From contig CM097886.1 in NCBI GenBank assembly GCA_044892525.1, positions 33,294,001 to 33,358,000 on the forward strand: a stretch of DNA of 64,000 bases, in the 5' to 3' direction. The translations under genes were made by a program, and so were the position numbers. The notes under the pieces were generated by a model that searched no databases, was not told the DNA's origin, and was given only the letters and a program-made list of their open reading frames with translations. Below are positions 1 through 13,140 of the stretch, piece after piece (positions within the stretch are counted from its first letter, which is position 1; each line of letters opens with the position of its first letter). The stretch comes from Schmidtea polychroa (lineage: Eukaryota).

Positions 1-1673
1 AACGATTTTGAGGAGAATTTCCGACTTCCAAGGGTTCCATTTAGATAGAGGCTTGAACTAACATTAAATTACATTGGTATTATTTATTTATTATTCTATA
101 AAAAAATTCATATTTCAATGCAGTCTTTTAATTAAAAAACCAATTATATAAAATTAGAATTTCCTAGAAAATAATATCTACAATTAGTTAAATTATATTT
201 CTCAAAGAAAATAAATCTAGGAAGTCAATCATTAGGAATATTATGAGATAATAGAACATATTTCTAAATATTTGAATACTGGAATTATTTTGGGAAAAAA
301 TCTTTAATAATTATTATTAGATATATAAATTATAATAATAATAATAAAAAACCTGACTATCAATCAGTAAAGATATCGATGTTTTTTTATGTATAAAGTT
401 TTATNNNNNNNNNNNNNNNNNNNNNNNNNNNNNNNNNNNNNNNNNNNNNNNNNNNNNNNNNNNNNNNNNNNNNNNNNNNNNNNNNNNNNNNNNNNNNNNN
501 NNNNNNNNNNNNNNNNNNNNNNNNNNNNNNNNNNNNNNNNNNNNNNNNNNNNNNNNNNNNNNNNNNNNTACTGAATTAATTTAATTTCAGTATATTAATT
601 ATTTATCTATAATCGAAATGAAAATGAATAAATTTTATATATTTAATAAATAGATATTATTTTATATATTTAATTAGTGAAATTGCAATAAAATTTTATA
701 TTATATATGTATCATAATAAAAAGAAAGAAATATCCGATTTCCCTAATTACTAAATTTGAGAGTCGTTATTTTTGACATTTCACTTTGTCAGTTCTTGTT
801 TATATTATTGCCGAAAATGTTTTTAATTATATATCGGAATACAGAGTTTCATTTTATTTTAAATTTGAATTAATTCCAAAATTCGGTTTTCATCATGACA
901 ATATTGTTTGATTGTATAAAATTTGACGATTTATAGTACAGAAAACATAATGAAATTATACAATTTAATTTTTGATAATAATTTTTTATTGTAATAATTA
1001 TTAAGAATTCTTTATAATTATTTTCAACTAAAATTAAGAGCAACAAATTGAAAATATATTATTATTTAAAAAATATTAAATTAAATTCTAGAAAAATAAT
1101 AATAACAATTATTATAATAATAACATCCATGCATGTATTTCAGCACAAAAAAACTTATTTTGTGATTTTATTTTATTTGAATTTTCCTTAAAATATAATT
1201 TATTTTAAAATAAACAATTCATCAATAAATTAAACATCCAAAGACGAGAAATTTCTCAAAGATTGAAAAATTTGATAAAATATCAAATTTTCTTTGTTTT
1301 TATGATAATGACTAATATCTTTAATTATAACACTTCCTATTAATTTCATTATTTAATTACAATTTTTGAGTAAGCAGTGAAAAAAAGTTTGCAAAATTAA
1401 TATCAAAACCTTTGATAATATAATTAAATTCGAGTAAATGTAATTCCGAAGTTACTAAAACCTATCAAAAAAATGTCCACTAGAATAAATATATTTGAAA
1501 TTATGAACTAAAAATAAAAATAAAACCAATTAATTATAAAAGTTTGAAGAGAACAAATTGACGGTAATTATTATTTTGATATTTCTGAAACGAATATGAC
1601 TAATACTCGTTATTCAGAAATTAGGAGGCTTTACGGTGAAATTTCACAATTAGCGATATGTCAAATAAAATAG

Positions 1674-1808
1674 ATCTTTGCCTCTCAGGACACATCAGAA
1701 TTTGCATTTAACGTAGATTCATTAAATTTAAACAATAATCAACTAAGGCGTTCAGTTGAAAAAAGTGAGTCAGTCAATGATCGACTCAATAGAAGCTATG
1801 ATGAATAA
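1674..1808 (+). CDS. Candidate terminal coding exon of an unidentified gene (IFASQDTSEFAFNVDSLNLNNNQLRRSVEKSESVNDRLNRSYDE*)
   Basis: Preceded by AG (aaatag|atc), 45 codons ending in TAA, AATAAA overlapping the stop, locally higher GC. No recognisable homology. Confidence 0.25.
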   Translation: MFASQDTSEFAFNVDSLNLNNNQLRRSVEKSESVNDRLNRSYDE

Positions 1809-4377
1809 ATAATAACTTTATCAAATAAATGAGTCATTTTTTTAAAGAGTTGAACGCCAAATTTTCTTTTTCGGTACTTTTATTGAACTGAGATTTGTAA
1901 TGTTAATAATAGTAATAATAAAAACAATAATAATAATAATAAAAATAATAATAAATATAATAATAAATATAATAATAATAATATAAAATAATAGTTCCTT
2001 GGTAGCATAATAAATTAAATGTTAAACCAGTAAATGATAAGACGAAATATGTATTAACTGAAAGAGATTTCAATTATTAGATAATTTTTTTCAATTATCT
2101 AATAATCGAATGGTTTTCCAATTAATATATATTATGAGGTAAAAGATTTATTTTAACCTTTACNNNNNNNNNNNNNNNNNNNNNNNNNNNNNNNNNNNNN
2201 NNNNNNNNNNNNNNNNNNNNNNNNNNNNNNNNNNNNNNNNNNNNNNNNNNNNNNNNNNNNNNNNNNNNNNNNNNNNNNNNNNNNNNNNNNNNNNNNNNNN
2301 NNNNNNNNNNNNNNNNNNNNNATTATTTCTATATACAAATGGTATTTTGCAATATGAAAAATACATAAAAAAATATTTTTTGCAATATATTATAAATGAT
2401 TATTTTTAATTCAAATTTGTTTTAGAATAATAAATTTCACTTTACTCAAAAGAATTGTCTTTTGAAACTATGGTATTGGGTAGATTGGCGCCTGCAAACA
2501 AAATTATTACTATAATAAATCGAAAACATAAAAGATTACATCTGATGAATGATTCTGAGATAAAAAATTTCAATTTCCTAAATACACATTTGTAATGATA
2601 GTCAAAATTTTAAAATATTTTAAAAAACAATAAAATATATATATAACTATTGATCATTATAATAAATATGATCATATACTAATATGACTGACTATATACC
2701 AATAATTCATTAATTAATCATAAATTCCGATTGCCAGTCATTTTCGTTATTTTTATCATGTAACTTTATTTATTTAGACCCAGAATAATATATTGATAAA
2801 AATAATCGAATTTCATATTTTTTTTAATTTTTTCGTTGTAGACTTTGTCAAATTATCAGTTCATTACTTTCTTCATGAATAAATAAAAATATTTTCAAAA
2901 TATTTTCATATTATTAAATTTGGAACTTTTACTGATATTTGAGTAAAGTAAAAACTATTAGAATTATTGCTATTTTTAGTAATGGATTATTATTATTATA
3001 TAAAATGTCAAATAATGATAATTGACAAACCATAATAGAATAATACAACGGAGATCACCAAATAATATTTTATAGAAAAGAATTAGGCTAATGGAATTAT
3101 TTATTAAATTAATTGATCAAACATAACGAACATATTACAAAAGGAAGAAGATTTTATTTCCCTAATGTCTACACAAAAAAGTTTATCTGATTGTTTTTTC
3201 CAGCTATTCATTTCGATGAATTGAATTTTATTAAAAAAGAAATTTCAGCAAATATGGAAACTGGTGAAGCAAGAATGTTTCATGGTTAAACATCGATTAG
3301 AGCGAATTTTTTGTTTTTCTAATTTGATTTATGAAAAAAAATACAACCAAGTTTAATTTGATTATTGAAAGCAATTTTTTCCGTTTACACTTCAGTTGAA
3401 AATATTCTGCAATGAAACTGGTTTTGCGGTTTGACATAACACAGGGGGCTGATTATTATTTGTGATAAACACTCATTGGTTCATTGTGCATGGCCAACAT
3501 TTATTTTCCAATTATTTCTACATCTTTCGCTGTTTTTTAATTAAAACATTTTAAAAATATATTTTGGATATTATTAATCTTTGATGCTAAATCAAAATTC
3601 TGAATGCTTCATAAATTGTTTATCACTATAAAAAATCAAGAAAAAGGAATTTAGAAGACAAATTGGACTCCCATTTCTTTTGAGAAAATAAATATGTACT
3701 TCAAATGTTTTCATTTTATTGGATTTTTAGTTTATTCTCTGACCTAAATTGATAGTTTTGTATTGAATATTATAAAATAAATGTTTGTAACGTATAAAAT
3801 ATTATTTCAAAATCATTGCTCAGCTTTGTATCTAAAATACGGTAACTTGAATTTATAATAAATTATTTATACGCATATTTATAATCTAGGCGATTATAAT
3901 ATTCAATACAAAACTATCATTTTAGTGCAAAGAATAAACAAAAATTCAACAAAAATTAAAATATTTGAAGTAAATAATTTAATTTTATTATTTGAAAATT
4001 TAATAATTTCTAAATTTTAGTAAAAATATCTAAAAAAAATTTAAAAATTGAGGATTAACAAAATGATATCTGAATAAAATTATAGTTTTTCTGCTAAAAT
4101 ATGTATCAATACAAATACGGGTTATCAGTCATTCATTTAGGACATCAATTGTTGCAAATATGTATCCAATGAAATTCAAACATATATAATAATATCACTT
4201 AAAAATCCTTATTACACTATCCGGCATGTAACTAGTTAATTATTACATAATAATATGTAGGTTTTATTGATTACATATTTCAATTTTTGAATAGGTCAAA
4301 CTATAAATAGTGAATTATATTCTTATTAATTATTTGAACTAGTCAATTTTCAATAAAATTTCAATGACCCTTTAAAT

Positions 4378-5896
4378 CAGGCATGTCAAAGTTGCGGCTC
4401 GTGGGTACCTACTTGGTAGTAGTACACTGTGGTAATGGAATTTGAATAATTGATAGTAATCATAATAGACTTTTGGACTTATAATAGTACTGTCAGAATA
4501 AAAGTTGTTTTTCTCGATGGGATTCTATTTGGTAAGACAAGTAATCATTTTATTTAAAATTTAAATGACCTTGGATAACAAAAACCATATTGACACTCGA
4601 TAATAAAAGATTCAACGTATAGGAATCGCTGATTTATTCTTTGATGAGCAAAATGAAAAGATTTAACATTTACATATTTTGACATTTAATTGAGATTTAT
4701 AAAAAATAGATCTTGATTAAAACTAAATTTAAACCGACATTTAGAAAAATATGTTTTAATTAAATTCAAAACATACGAAACAGACATCAAAAGTGATACA
4801 CTTTACACTAAGTGTATCAAACTCAAAAGGCACCAAGGACCGCATAAGTTATTGTGAGTATCCCGCGAGCCACATCAAAAATATTAAGAAGCACTGTAAC
4901 ATCTTGTATTATATTTAATTAATTTGCATACTTACTACAACGGCTACATTAAGCTATCAACTCATAACGCTAAACAAAATAATTCTGATTGAAATTTTGA
5001 AGGATGGGATAAAAAAAAACAATTTATTTATTACAAATACAATTATTTTTGTCCCGAGGTTTGATGCCTCTTTTTCATAACAATTGTTTTTATATTTGAC
5101 TTAAATGTATTTGTCGTTCCCACATTCATTATGGATGACAAATGGTTATCATTAAGCTTTGTTCTTTGTTTTGATTAATTTCATAAATGAAAATAACTGT
5201 TCGCACAAATAAGTGGAACCGAACATTGCTTTAAAGTTTATTGGACACTCTTTTTAAGTTCGGATAACTTTTGGGGAAGTATGAATAAAAACAGGTAGCC
5301 CAACTTCTAGATACTTAGCTCTGAGCATAGAATCTGATAATATTTCAATTAACTCCATCTACAAGATTTCTGCTTTTACAACGTCAAAGTTGAAAAATGC
5401 TGAAAATTGTTCATCCAAAGATTAGAAATTACTAAATCTATTCTGAAATTCTTCCAACAACAAACCCAAGTGATTCTTGTTGTTGGATTGAGTATTGATA
5501 TTGTTTTTGAGTTCTTCTTCCATAAGTTTAGTTTTGAAATGAAGCATTTGATACTATTGTACAACTGAGTAATGAGTTTGTTTTTGCCTCTTAATTTCAA
5601 ATTAAGATCACTTAAATGTGCAGTAATGTCCACAGTAAATGCTAGATCATGGACCCAACTTTTGTCCTTTATTTTATCCATGATTTTACCCTTAATCTCC
5701 AAAAATAAAATGATGTCTTGTCTTACCAAATAAAATCCCATCAGAAAGACAACTTTTATTCTGACAGTACTATTATAATTCCAAAGGTCTATTATTAATA
5801 CAATCAATTATTCGAATGCCATTATTACAATGTGTCACTACCAAGTAGTTACCCACAGGCCGCATACGGTCAGAGGGCCGCGAGTTTGACAATATG
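4378..5896 (-). mobile_element. Decayed non-autonomous hAT element (Charlie/SPIN, GTF2IRD2-like transposase group)
   Basis: Left end caggcatgtcaaagttgcggctc; right end gggccgcgagtttgacaatatg (reverse complement catattgtcaaactcgcggccc). These are degenerate Charlie-type TIRs. Internal transposase fragment present. TSD not clean. Confidence 0.8.
5140..5807 (-). pseudogene. hAT transposase C-terminal fragment, frameshifted
   Basis: ORF 5376-5807 contains WVHDLAFTVDITAHLSDLNLKLRGKNKLITQLY. Downstream, in another frame, FGSTYLCEQLFSFMKLIKTKN (~5225-5160) is the hAT dimerization motif. Confidence 0.85.
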
Positions 5897-6250
5897 TTAC
5901 TTAAAACATTTTTTTAATAATTATTCTTTTCTTTCCAAATTTAATTTTTTTATTTATTTTGTAAAAGTATTTTTGACACAAGGGAATTTTTGCACTCGAA
6001 ATCCTGCTCTCGCTAAAAATGACTGTTCTCCATTAGATCACAGGGTATTTTATTCAAAATCACACTACAGTGAGGTGCTATTTTACGTCTCCAGAAAATT
6101 TGTACATAGAATCCAGCTCTCGTTAAAAATACAAAGTATTTTAAGGTCTGTAAAAGTTTTGTACATGAATATTTGGTTACATATTTAGAAATTAAGATAA
6201 TATTTAAAAATAAGTAAACAAAAGTAATAACTTAAAATTTATGATATGAT

Positions 6251-6560
6251 ATTTTGAAGAATCCGAGGTCTTATGAGAAATTAGAGTAAAAAAATAGCAT
6301 AAATTAAAGTAATAATTCAAAATAAGTAATTCATTTTAAATTTATAGAAATATATTTTGAAGAATCTATGTCCACTGAGAAATTAAGGTAATAACTAAAA
6401 CTTAAAATAAATAAAAGTAATAACTTAAAATTTATGGTATGTTATTTTGAAGAATTGAGGTCCACTGAGAAATTATGATAATAATTAAAAATTAATTAAA
6501 TTAAAGTAATAATTTTAAATTCACACTGAGATATTTTGAATAATCGACGTCAACTGAGAA
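6251..6560 (+). repeat. Four degenerate tandem ~90-105 bp subrepeats in the left foldback arm
   Basis: Core attttgaagaat-n-gaggtccactgagaaatta recurs at ~6251, 6355, 6445 and 6533. Inverted copies at ~8070-8100 and ~8915-8950. Confidence 0.85.
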
Positions 6561-6613
6561 TTTAAAAAAAGAAAAGTAATTTTTAACTAAAACCTTTATG
6601 AAATAAATTTTTG

Positions 6614-6615
<2 letters not shown>

Positions 6616-6698
<83 letters not shown>
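6616..6698 (+). repeat. (AAT)n microsatellite
   Basis: Direct reading, one interruption. Confidence 0.95.
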
Positions 6699-6700
<2 letters not shown>

Positions 6701-6797
6701 GTAAGTACCAACAACCAACCTACAAACAACTAGATACTAACTGTATTAAATCAAAATGAATAAAGTTTTAATTTTATCATTCATCATTTTCTTGACT

Positions 6798-7338
6798 CTA
6801 AGTTTGTAACCAACAAACCCTGTCCTCGAGTGTTACCATCTTTGAAATCCCAGCTTCAATTCTTCCTACAATTCCCCTTGCGTTCATATAATCCCGACTC
6901 CTCTCTTCGATAAATCTCTTAGCTATAACCCTAATAAAAGAAGTTTCGAAAGCATTGTATTCTCTCCAAATTGTTTCAATACCAACCAATGAAGTAACAA
7001 TAGCCCGCTGATAGATTCGACGTGTAGCAATTGCCTTTTGACTTTCAGCTTATTGACGTTTGACTTTAGTTGATTTTAAGAAATTTATATTATCTGACCA
7101 AATAGGAAAATTCATTAAATCAAAACCCATTTTATCTTCTGCATAATCATAAGCTTGAGCCATTCTTTCTTTGATACTAGGAGTTTGTAATCTAATCTTT
7201 CACATAAGACAAATAAAATTTCCATAAATCGATGTGATAAATTCGCGATAAATATTCTTATATTGGTTCTTCAACATTTTCCAACGCTTCCTCGGCAATC
7301 AATATTTTATCAGGATTGCTAACTTTATTTTCTGCCAT
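6798..7338 (-). pseudogene. CSTF3: Captured, decayed N-terminal fragment of cleavage stimulation factor 77 kDa subunit (CstF-77 / Suppressor of forked, HAT repeats)
   Basis: Manual translation: MAENKVSNPDKILIAEEALENVEEPI* EYLSRIYHIDLWKFYLSYV /frameshift/ PSIKERMAQAYDYAEDKMGFDLMNFPIWSDNINFLKSTKVKRQ* AESQKAIATRRIYQRAIVTSLVGIETIWREYNAFE...FIEERSRDYMNAR. This matches recalled CstF-77 motifs HIDLWKCYLSYV, KEKMAQAYDFA and IEDRSRDYMNARR. Two stops, one frameshift, no introns. Confidence 0.9.
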
Positions 7339-7709
7339 ATTCAAAACTAGTTCCAAAATCATCCTTTTAAACAAACATTATAATAATTTCTGGAAAATTC
7401 TAACATTCGAAACTCATTTCCAGCAATTCCATAAAATAAACACAATTCCAATTAATTCCTAAAAAAGTACATATTCCGCGTCTGTAAGCGCACAACAACA
7501 CGAAAAACAATTTAATGACAACACTCACACAGACGCAATAAATATGACAAAAAACTTGCACACAGACGTGAGGCCGAAATTATACAACTATAAAAATAAC
7601 ATTTATAGTTGGTTAATATATTATTGTGTACAGGATTTAATATATAGAGTATTATAGTAAATAAAAAGGATAGCGTAATGTATTAAGCTGCTTATTTAAT
7701 GAATATAGG

Positions 7710-7935
7710 TCGGTACTTGGTAGTTGATACTTAGTTGTTAGTAACTGGTTATTGGTATGTAGTTGTTAGTACTTATCAGTTAGTACCTAGTGGTTTGGTA
7801 GGTTGTAGTTGATACATGGTTGTTGGTATCTAGTTGTAAATACGTAGTTGTTAGTACCTGGTTGTAAATAGATAGTTTTTGGTAGTTTGTTGTTATTACT
7901 TATCTGTTAGTTTCGAGTTGTTTGTAGGTTGATTG
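7710..7935 (+). repeat. Strand-asymmetric degenerate ~14-bp repeat tract (tagttgttagtac-like); inner domain of the foldback arm
   Basis: Repeated tagttgttagtac/tggttgt units. The end of the tract is mirrored at 6702-6745. Confidence 0.7.
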
Positions 7936-8170
7936 TTGGGACTTACACTTATTATTATTGCTTTATAAAACTATCTTTGAAAATAGATTTCATAAAAATT
8001 TGCATTAAAAATTCCTTTAAAAATTTATTTCATAAAGATTTTAGTTAAAAATTTCCTTACTTTTTAAAATTCTCGGTGGATGTCGATTCTTCAAAATATC
8101 TTACCGTGAATTAAAAAATTATTAATTTAATTTACTTATTTTTAATTATTACTCTAATTTACCTATTCAT

Positions 8171-8822
8171 CAACGCCGTGCTGTAACTTTTGGGGGCCCT
8201 GTGCAGAAACTAAAAAATTTTTTTTTAAATTTGAATTAATTTTTTATTGATTGTATTTAAAAAAATAATAGCAATTATAAAGTAATTTTTCTAGCTCTTT
8301 TGCTGGCAAATTCATCAATTATGTCATTGTAATCAATTGTTCTGGCTGTTGCATTTTCAATTGACAGTATTGCTAATCCAGAAAGTCTTTCCTGCGACAT
8401 AGTAGACCGTAGATAATTTTCAATTAATTTTAATTTTGAAAACGATCGTTCACAATGAGCAACTGTAATGGGTATTGTTAAAATTATTCGATATACGATA
8501 CATACATTTGGATATAATTCTTCCAAATTCCTTTCTAAAATGAATTGAAAATTCTGCATAATAGTATAATTATCTTCTAAAATATATTTTAAAATAGAAA
8601 GTTCATTTTTAAATTCCACTTCTTCAATATCGCCTTCTAAGTTGCCAACTAGATTTTTTTGAAAGTTAAACGAATTTTGAATTTTCAAATTTTTTTTTCT
8701 TTCAATTCGTAGTAATTTATGGTATTGGAGAAGTTTTTCTAATGTATTTAATATTTGGGGGCCCTCAAAAATAGGGGGCCCAGTGCGATTGCACTTGTTG
8801 CACTTGCGATAGTACGGCGCTG
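8171..8822 (-). mobile_element. 652-bp hAT internal-deletion derivative (ZMYM1-like transposase group)
   Basis: TIRs caacgccgtgct / agtacggcgctg (10/12 match). Perfect 8-bp TSD ctattcat at 8163-8170 and 8823-8830. Subterminal gggggccc motifs. Confidence 0.95.
8275..8688 (-). CDS. hAT dimerization-domain ORF (transposase C-terminus only)
   Basis: [53 protein letters not shown]; stop-free for 137 codons. Confidence 0.8.
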   Translation of the reverse strand: MKIQNSFNFQKNLVGNLEGDIEEVEFKNELSILKYILEDNYTIMQNFQFILERNLEELYPNVCIVYRIILTIPITVAHCERSFSKLKLIENYLRSTMSQERLSGLAILSIENATARTIDYNDIIDEFASKRARKITL

Positions 8823-11800
8823 CTATTCATTTAATTTTAAAATATTACTTATTTAAAAATTATTGCTTATTTTTAAAAAAAAATATTTTAATTTACTTAA
8901 TTTTTAATTATTACCATAATTTCTCAGTGGACCTCGATTCTTCAAAATATCATACATAATTTTTAAGTTATTACTTTAGTTTACTTTAATTTACTTCTTT
9001 TTAAATATTATCTTAATTTCTCATAAGTCAATGAATTTCATAAATATCTAACCCAAAATTCTTGTACCAGAGACTCAAAATAACTTCATCACTATGGTGA
9101 TATTTTGAAAATATACACTATGAATCATGTGAGCAGTGGAAAAAAACCCTATAGCTCATTGGACCAGTCGTGCTGAAGAGAGCTAACATTGACCTACTTA
9201 AATTATCTTAGTAAATTTATTTATTACAGTGAAACATTTTCTTGATCATGATTTTCATTTAAATATTTTAAATTAGTTTTACAATTTTGATCACTATTTA
9301 TTTTACAAATATTCCTTATAATATAAACGTTTTATTAAAAAACTTTCAAGATTAGCAAAAATATGAGTTATTAAGTGAAACTTTGAATAATATATTAGTT
9401 AATTACAAAACTAATTTTGCTATTTTAGTCATATAGAAAAGAAATGTGGATGTTATCCTTACTGGAATATTTATTATAAGTAAATATGATATGCAACGAT
9501 AAAACAAATATTTGATTTTATTCCAATATATCTTCACACTGATATATGTGATAATCTAGTAATTTATTTGTGAAAGTTTTATATAGCCTAAAAATAAAGT
9601 ACTTTAAAAGTCTTTATAAATTCGAAAATATATATTTTTTATGTAATAGCTATTTTTTTAAAATAAATGTTATTAAACAAGATTTTTCATTGAAATAATT
9701 TCCATTCCCAGATAAATAATTTGTCGATTTGTCTAAGGAATCTTGAAAAGAATATTTTTGCGTCTTATGAATTTTGTATATTTCTGAAAAAATAATTGTA
9801 AATATACAATTAATTTGAATTTATTTATTAGTTCATTTTTTTCATTTTTGTTCGAATATTTAAAAATATATCTACTAAATTCAAATTTAATGTTTATTAA
9901 AATGTAAAAATATCATATTTTACTCAAAAAGTAAACTGCTCTTCTTATGTTATTTCAAATCATATTCTTCCAATCTTTCTGAAACTGATGTCAAATGGAA
10001 AACGAGATTTAATTTAAATTCCAATGACAATAATTATTTTTTATTTATTTGAGTATTCATTCAAACATCTGAAGAATTTTTATTATGTTGATTTCTATAT
10101 AGTCAAATCAATGTAATTAGCTTCATCTTTCTATCCTAAACTTTCTTTCTTTTACACAACTAGGAAAAGAAATTAAAAATCTTTGATAATTTTGTTTTAA
10201 GGAAGCTCGGTTGAATACAAAAATAATTAATAAAAAAACAACTTAATATTGTAATTTCTATATCAACTATAAACACGTAATCATTTATTATCTATAAATA
10301 CATTTCTTTTAAAGTTTAATTAAAAGCACATTTTCCAGAAAATAATATCTAAAAATATAACTTAATAAAAACAAAGTTCTCATATCAATATTTTATTTAA
10401 AACAAATTACTGATTTGATATTTCAGAGTGATATTTAAAAATATATTCCTATTTATTATTTTTGTTTGTTTGAATTTTACTTATTCAAAAATTTATTAAA
10501 TATAAATTATAATTTAAATTTGGTAGCGATTTTTAAAATTCTAAAATACATAATAAATAATTTATTATAATTCAAAAATTTAATTCTATGATATATTTTT
10601 ATTTCTAAAATTCATTTATAGAAAAATTATAATAATTTTTGTAACTTATTAAAAAATTTTTTATTTAACTTTAAATTTTTAATGCTGGTTTCATACATTA
10701 TCAATTATTTATTTATTATTTCTGTTCATTATTAATATTTCTTAACTATTTATCGTAAAATTTGTCAGAATTTCACCCAAGCTGAAAAAAATTAAATGAA
10801 AATATTTCACATATCATTTGGCAATAATTGTTTATTAGGAAATAACAAGAATTTCTTTTGATAAAATTCCTGATAAATGTACCACAAATATCAGTTGACA
10901 TGATCCCATTTCTTGTGTCGTATAAATTTTGTAATCATATCTTCTTAATTATCCGTAAAGGTTTGTTTTTTAATTACGATTTTTATTTGACATTTTCTCA
11001 AAAACATTCTTTTAATGAAAGATATTATTTGTTGAAAAAATGATATAGAGAAATAATCTAACTTATTAATTTAATTAATTTACTGATTGCCATCATTTTT
11101 TAACAGATCAGTTATAAGATAAAAAATATTTTTACACGATGCCATTTTAAAAATCTCTTTAAACCGTACATTTTTATATCAGAAAAATATATGGAAATAT
11201 ATGAAAATAATAGAAAAATCATAAACAATAAATTAAGTCACATTTTTTAACTTCCCCTAAATTTAATTGATGATGCGAACAATTTTAGAAATTTTCTTAA
11301 ATGCTAATAAGACACAAATTATTCATAACTGAGGAATAATAATTATTATTTACTAATTACTACTTTGTTTAATGGGGTTTAACTAAATATATTTTATTTA
11401 GAGATGTCAACTAAAATGCTAATATTTCATATTTTATGATAACGTATTTTGGATAAACACAATCGCATCCAATTTGATATCTTCTTCTTTCATCTCTCAA
11501 TTGAAAAGATTTTTAACAAGGTTTGGAATTCTATTTCAAAAGTAGAGAATCCCTCATTTGTCTCTTGTTTCACGAGTTGAAAAATCAACTTTTTGTCATT
11601 TTACTTATTCCATAATTATCCTAAGTATATTTTTTTAAAAATATTTTCCTCATACTTTAATAAGATATCAAAAGCACTTATCACATTTTGACTTTCGATT
11701 TTTAGCCATTTATCTTTCTTTCGGCTCAGTTCATCTTTTTTACGTACATTAAAACGGCAAAATACTCATCAATATTTTCGGTGTGGTCACCACGTTTGGT

Positions 11801-13140
11801 TTTTTTAATATCGACACAAAAATACAACTGACTAAATTCAAATCATATTTCAATCAATTTAATATTTAAACAATAACTAATTTAAATTTAAATAAAAACT
11901 ATCTAGTTATTATATGAAATCTTATAAACATTCCTACATATAAAATTTTAAAAAAATATTTTTGTAATTTATTTTTGATGATCAATTTTAAAGTTTATAT
12001 ATTAATTTTAATTTTAAAAAAATCGAATAAATCTAATCCAAAAATTATTTTACCAAAATAATATGAAATCAAAAAACTAATATTTTCAGTTAATTTAAAT
12101 ATATTTTTACATAAAGAAAAACTTTTCAAAAAAGTTTAGCTAAACTAAATTATTTAAATAAAATACTTTTCCAACTCCAATACACTTTAGATAATTATTA
12201 TATTGAATTAAATTTATGATGCTAAATAAAAACAATATAATTAAAAGAAACACTTAATTTGATCTCGAATTTCATTATTAAAAACATATTTATAAATGAT
12301 TCTTTAATGTTTAAAAATAATTGAGTATTTACAAAAGAATTTCTCTAATATCTGTTAATTGGAAATTTCATTTATTAAAACCAAAAAATTCCAAATCTTT
12401 TAATGATTATTAATTTATTATTACTTATTTTAAATGTTATTGCCAATTATTTTCTAAGTTTGTTCAAGTTTAAACTGCTATAAATCACATCGAATTGGAA
12501 TATTGGAGAATCTGACCATAAATTGCGGGAAATCTCAGGGAAAAACAACAAAATTATATTTTCACAATAATTAAGATAGGCAGTATTTTATTTCGTGCAC
12601 TTATCGGACAAGAAATCATAGTGATCAATGGATCGGTGTATAGTGCTAGGAATCGATTTATTAAAAATAGTTCAAATAATTATTTTTAGAATTCAAAAAA
12701 TATAATTCACATTCAATAAATAGAAAATAAAATATTAAAAAAGTTGCATAGTAATGTATGGAAAATACAAAAAATGCAAAAGTAGATATCATTTTAATTA
12801 AAAAGTTCAAAATATGATTGAAAAATAAAGTTTATTTCATCTTTATCAATAAAATACTCTTGTTTTAATAATGTATAAACAGTTAATAACATTGCTATAT
12901 GCTTTATTACACTAATAACTTCCCAGTGGCCTTTGTCAAATAATATCGCTTATTCCTTATTTCTAGATAACAATAATGTTTCTCTAATGGACTCTAAGAA
13001 TCAATTTGAAAAGTATTGCTCTGAATTTAAAATAACTCACAAGTTATAAAAATTTCTTTAAGAAACATGCAAATTAATATATTGTTTTTGACAAAAGATA
13101 CATCCATCAAAAACGCACGAAAAATACTATATTTTTGCTT

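Larger units (their letters stand above)
6039..9122. mobile_element. Foldback-type / Pack-TIR-like element: long inverted arms ~6039-6745 and ~7905-9122 (right arm interrupted by hAT 8171-8822) enclosing a CstF-77 fragment
   Basis: Arm homology read by eye. gatattttgaataatcgacgtcaactgagaattt (6530) matches the reverse complement of 8068-8100. agaaattaagataatatttaaaaa (6187) matches the reverse complement of ~9000-9023. Inner taagtaccaacaaccaacctacaaacaact (6702) matches the reverse complement of ~7915-7945. Outer limits approximate; no TSD identified. Confidence 0.7.

Noticed and set aside
1-48. Open frame NDFEENFRLPRVPFR* at the window start
   Set aside because: Too short to call without upstream sequence.
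5832-6188. 118-aa ORF
   Set aside because: Spans a hAT terminus and the foldback arm; low-complexity composition and no motif.
6251-6560. CRISPR-like pattern of a conserved ~30-bp core with intervening sequence
   Set aside because: The intervening segments are homologous to one another, the context is eukaryotic with no cas genes, and the array is mirrored in the opposite arm, so these are TE subrepeats.
6034-9127. Transib assignment for the foldback (ends cacagggt / acactatg resemble CAC-type termini)
   Set aside because: The 5-bp flanks (tagat vs aatca) do not match and the termini are too degenerate to fix.
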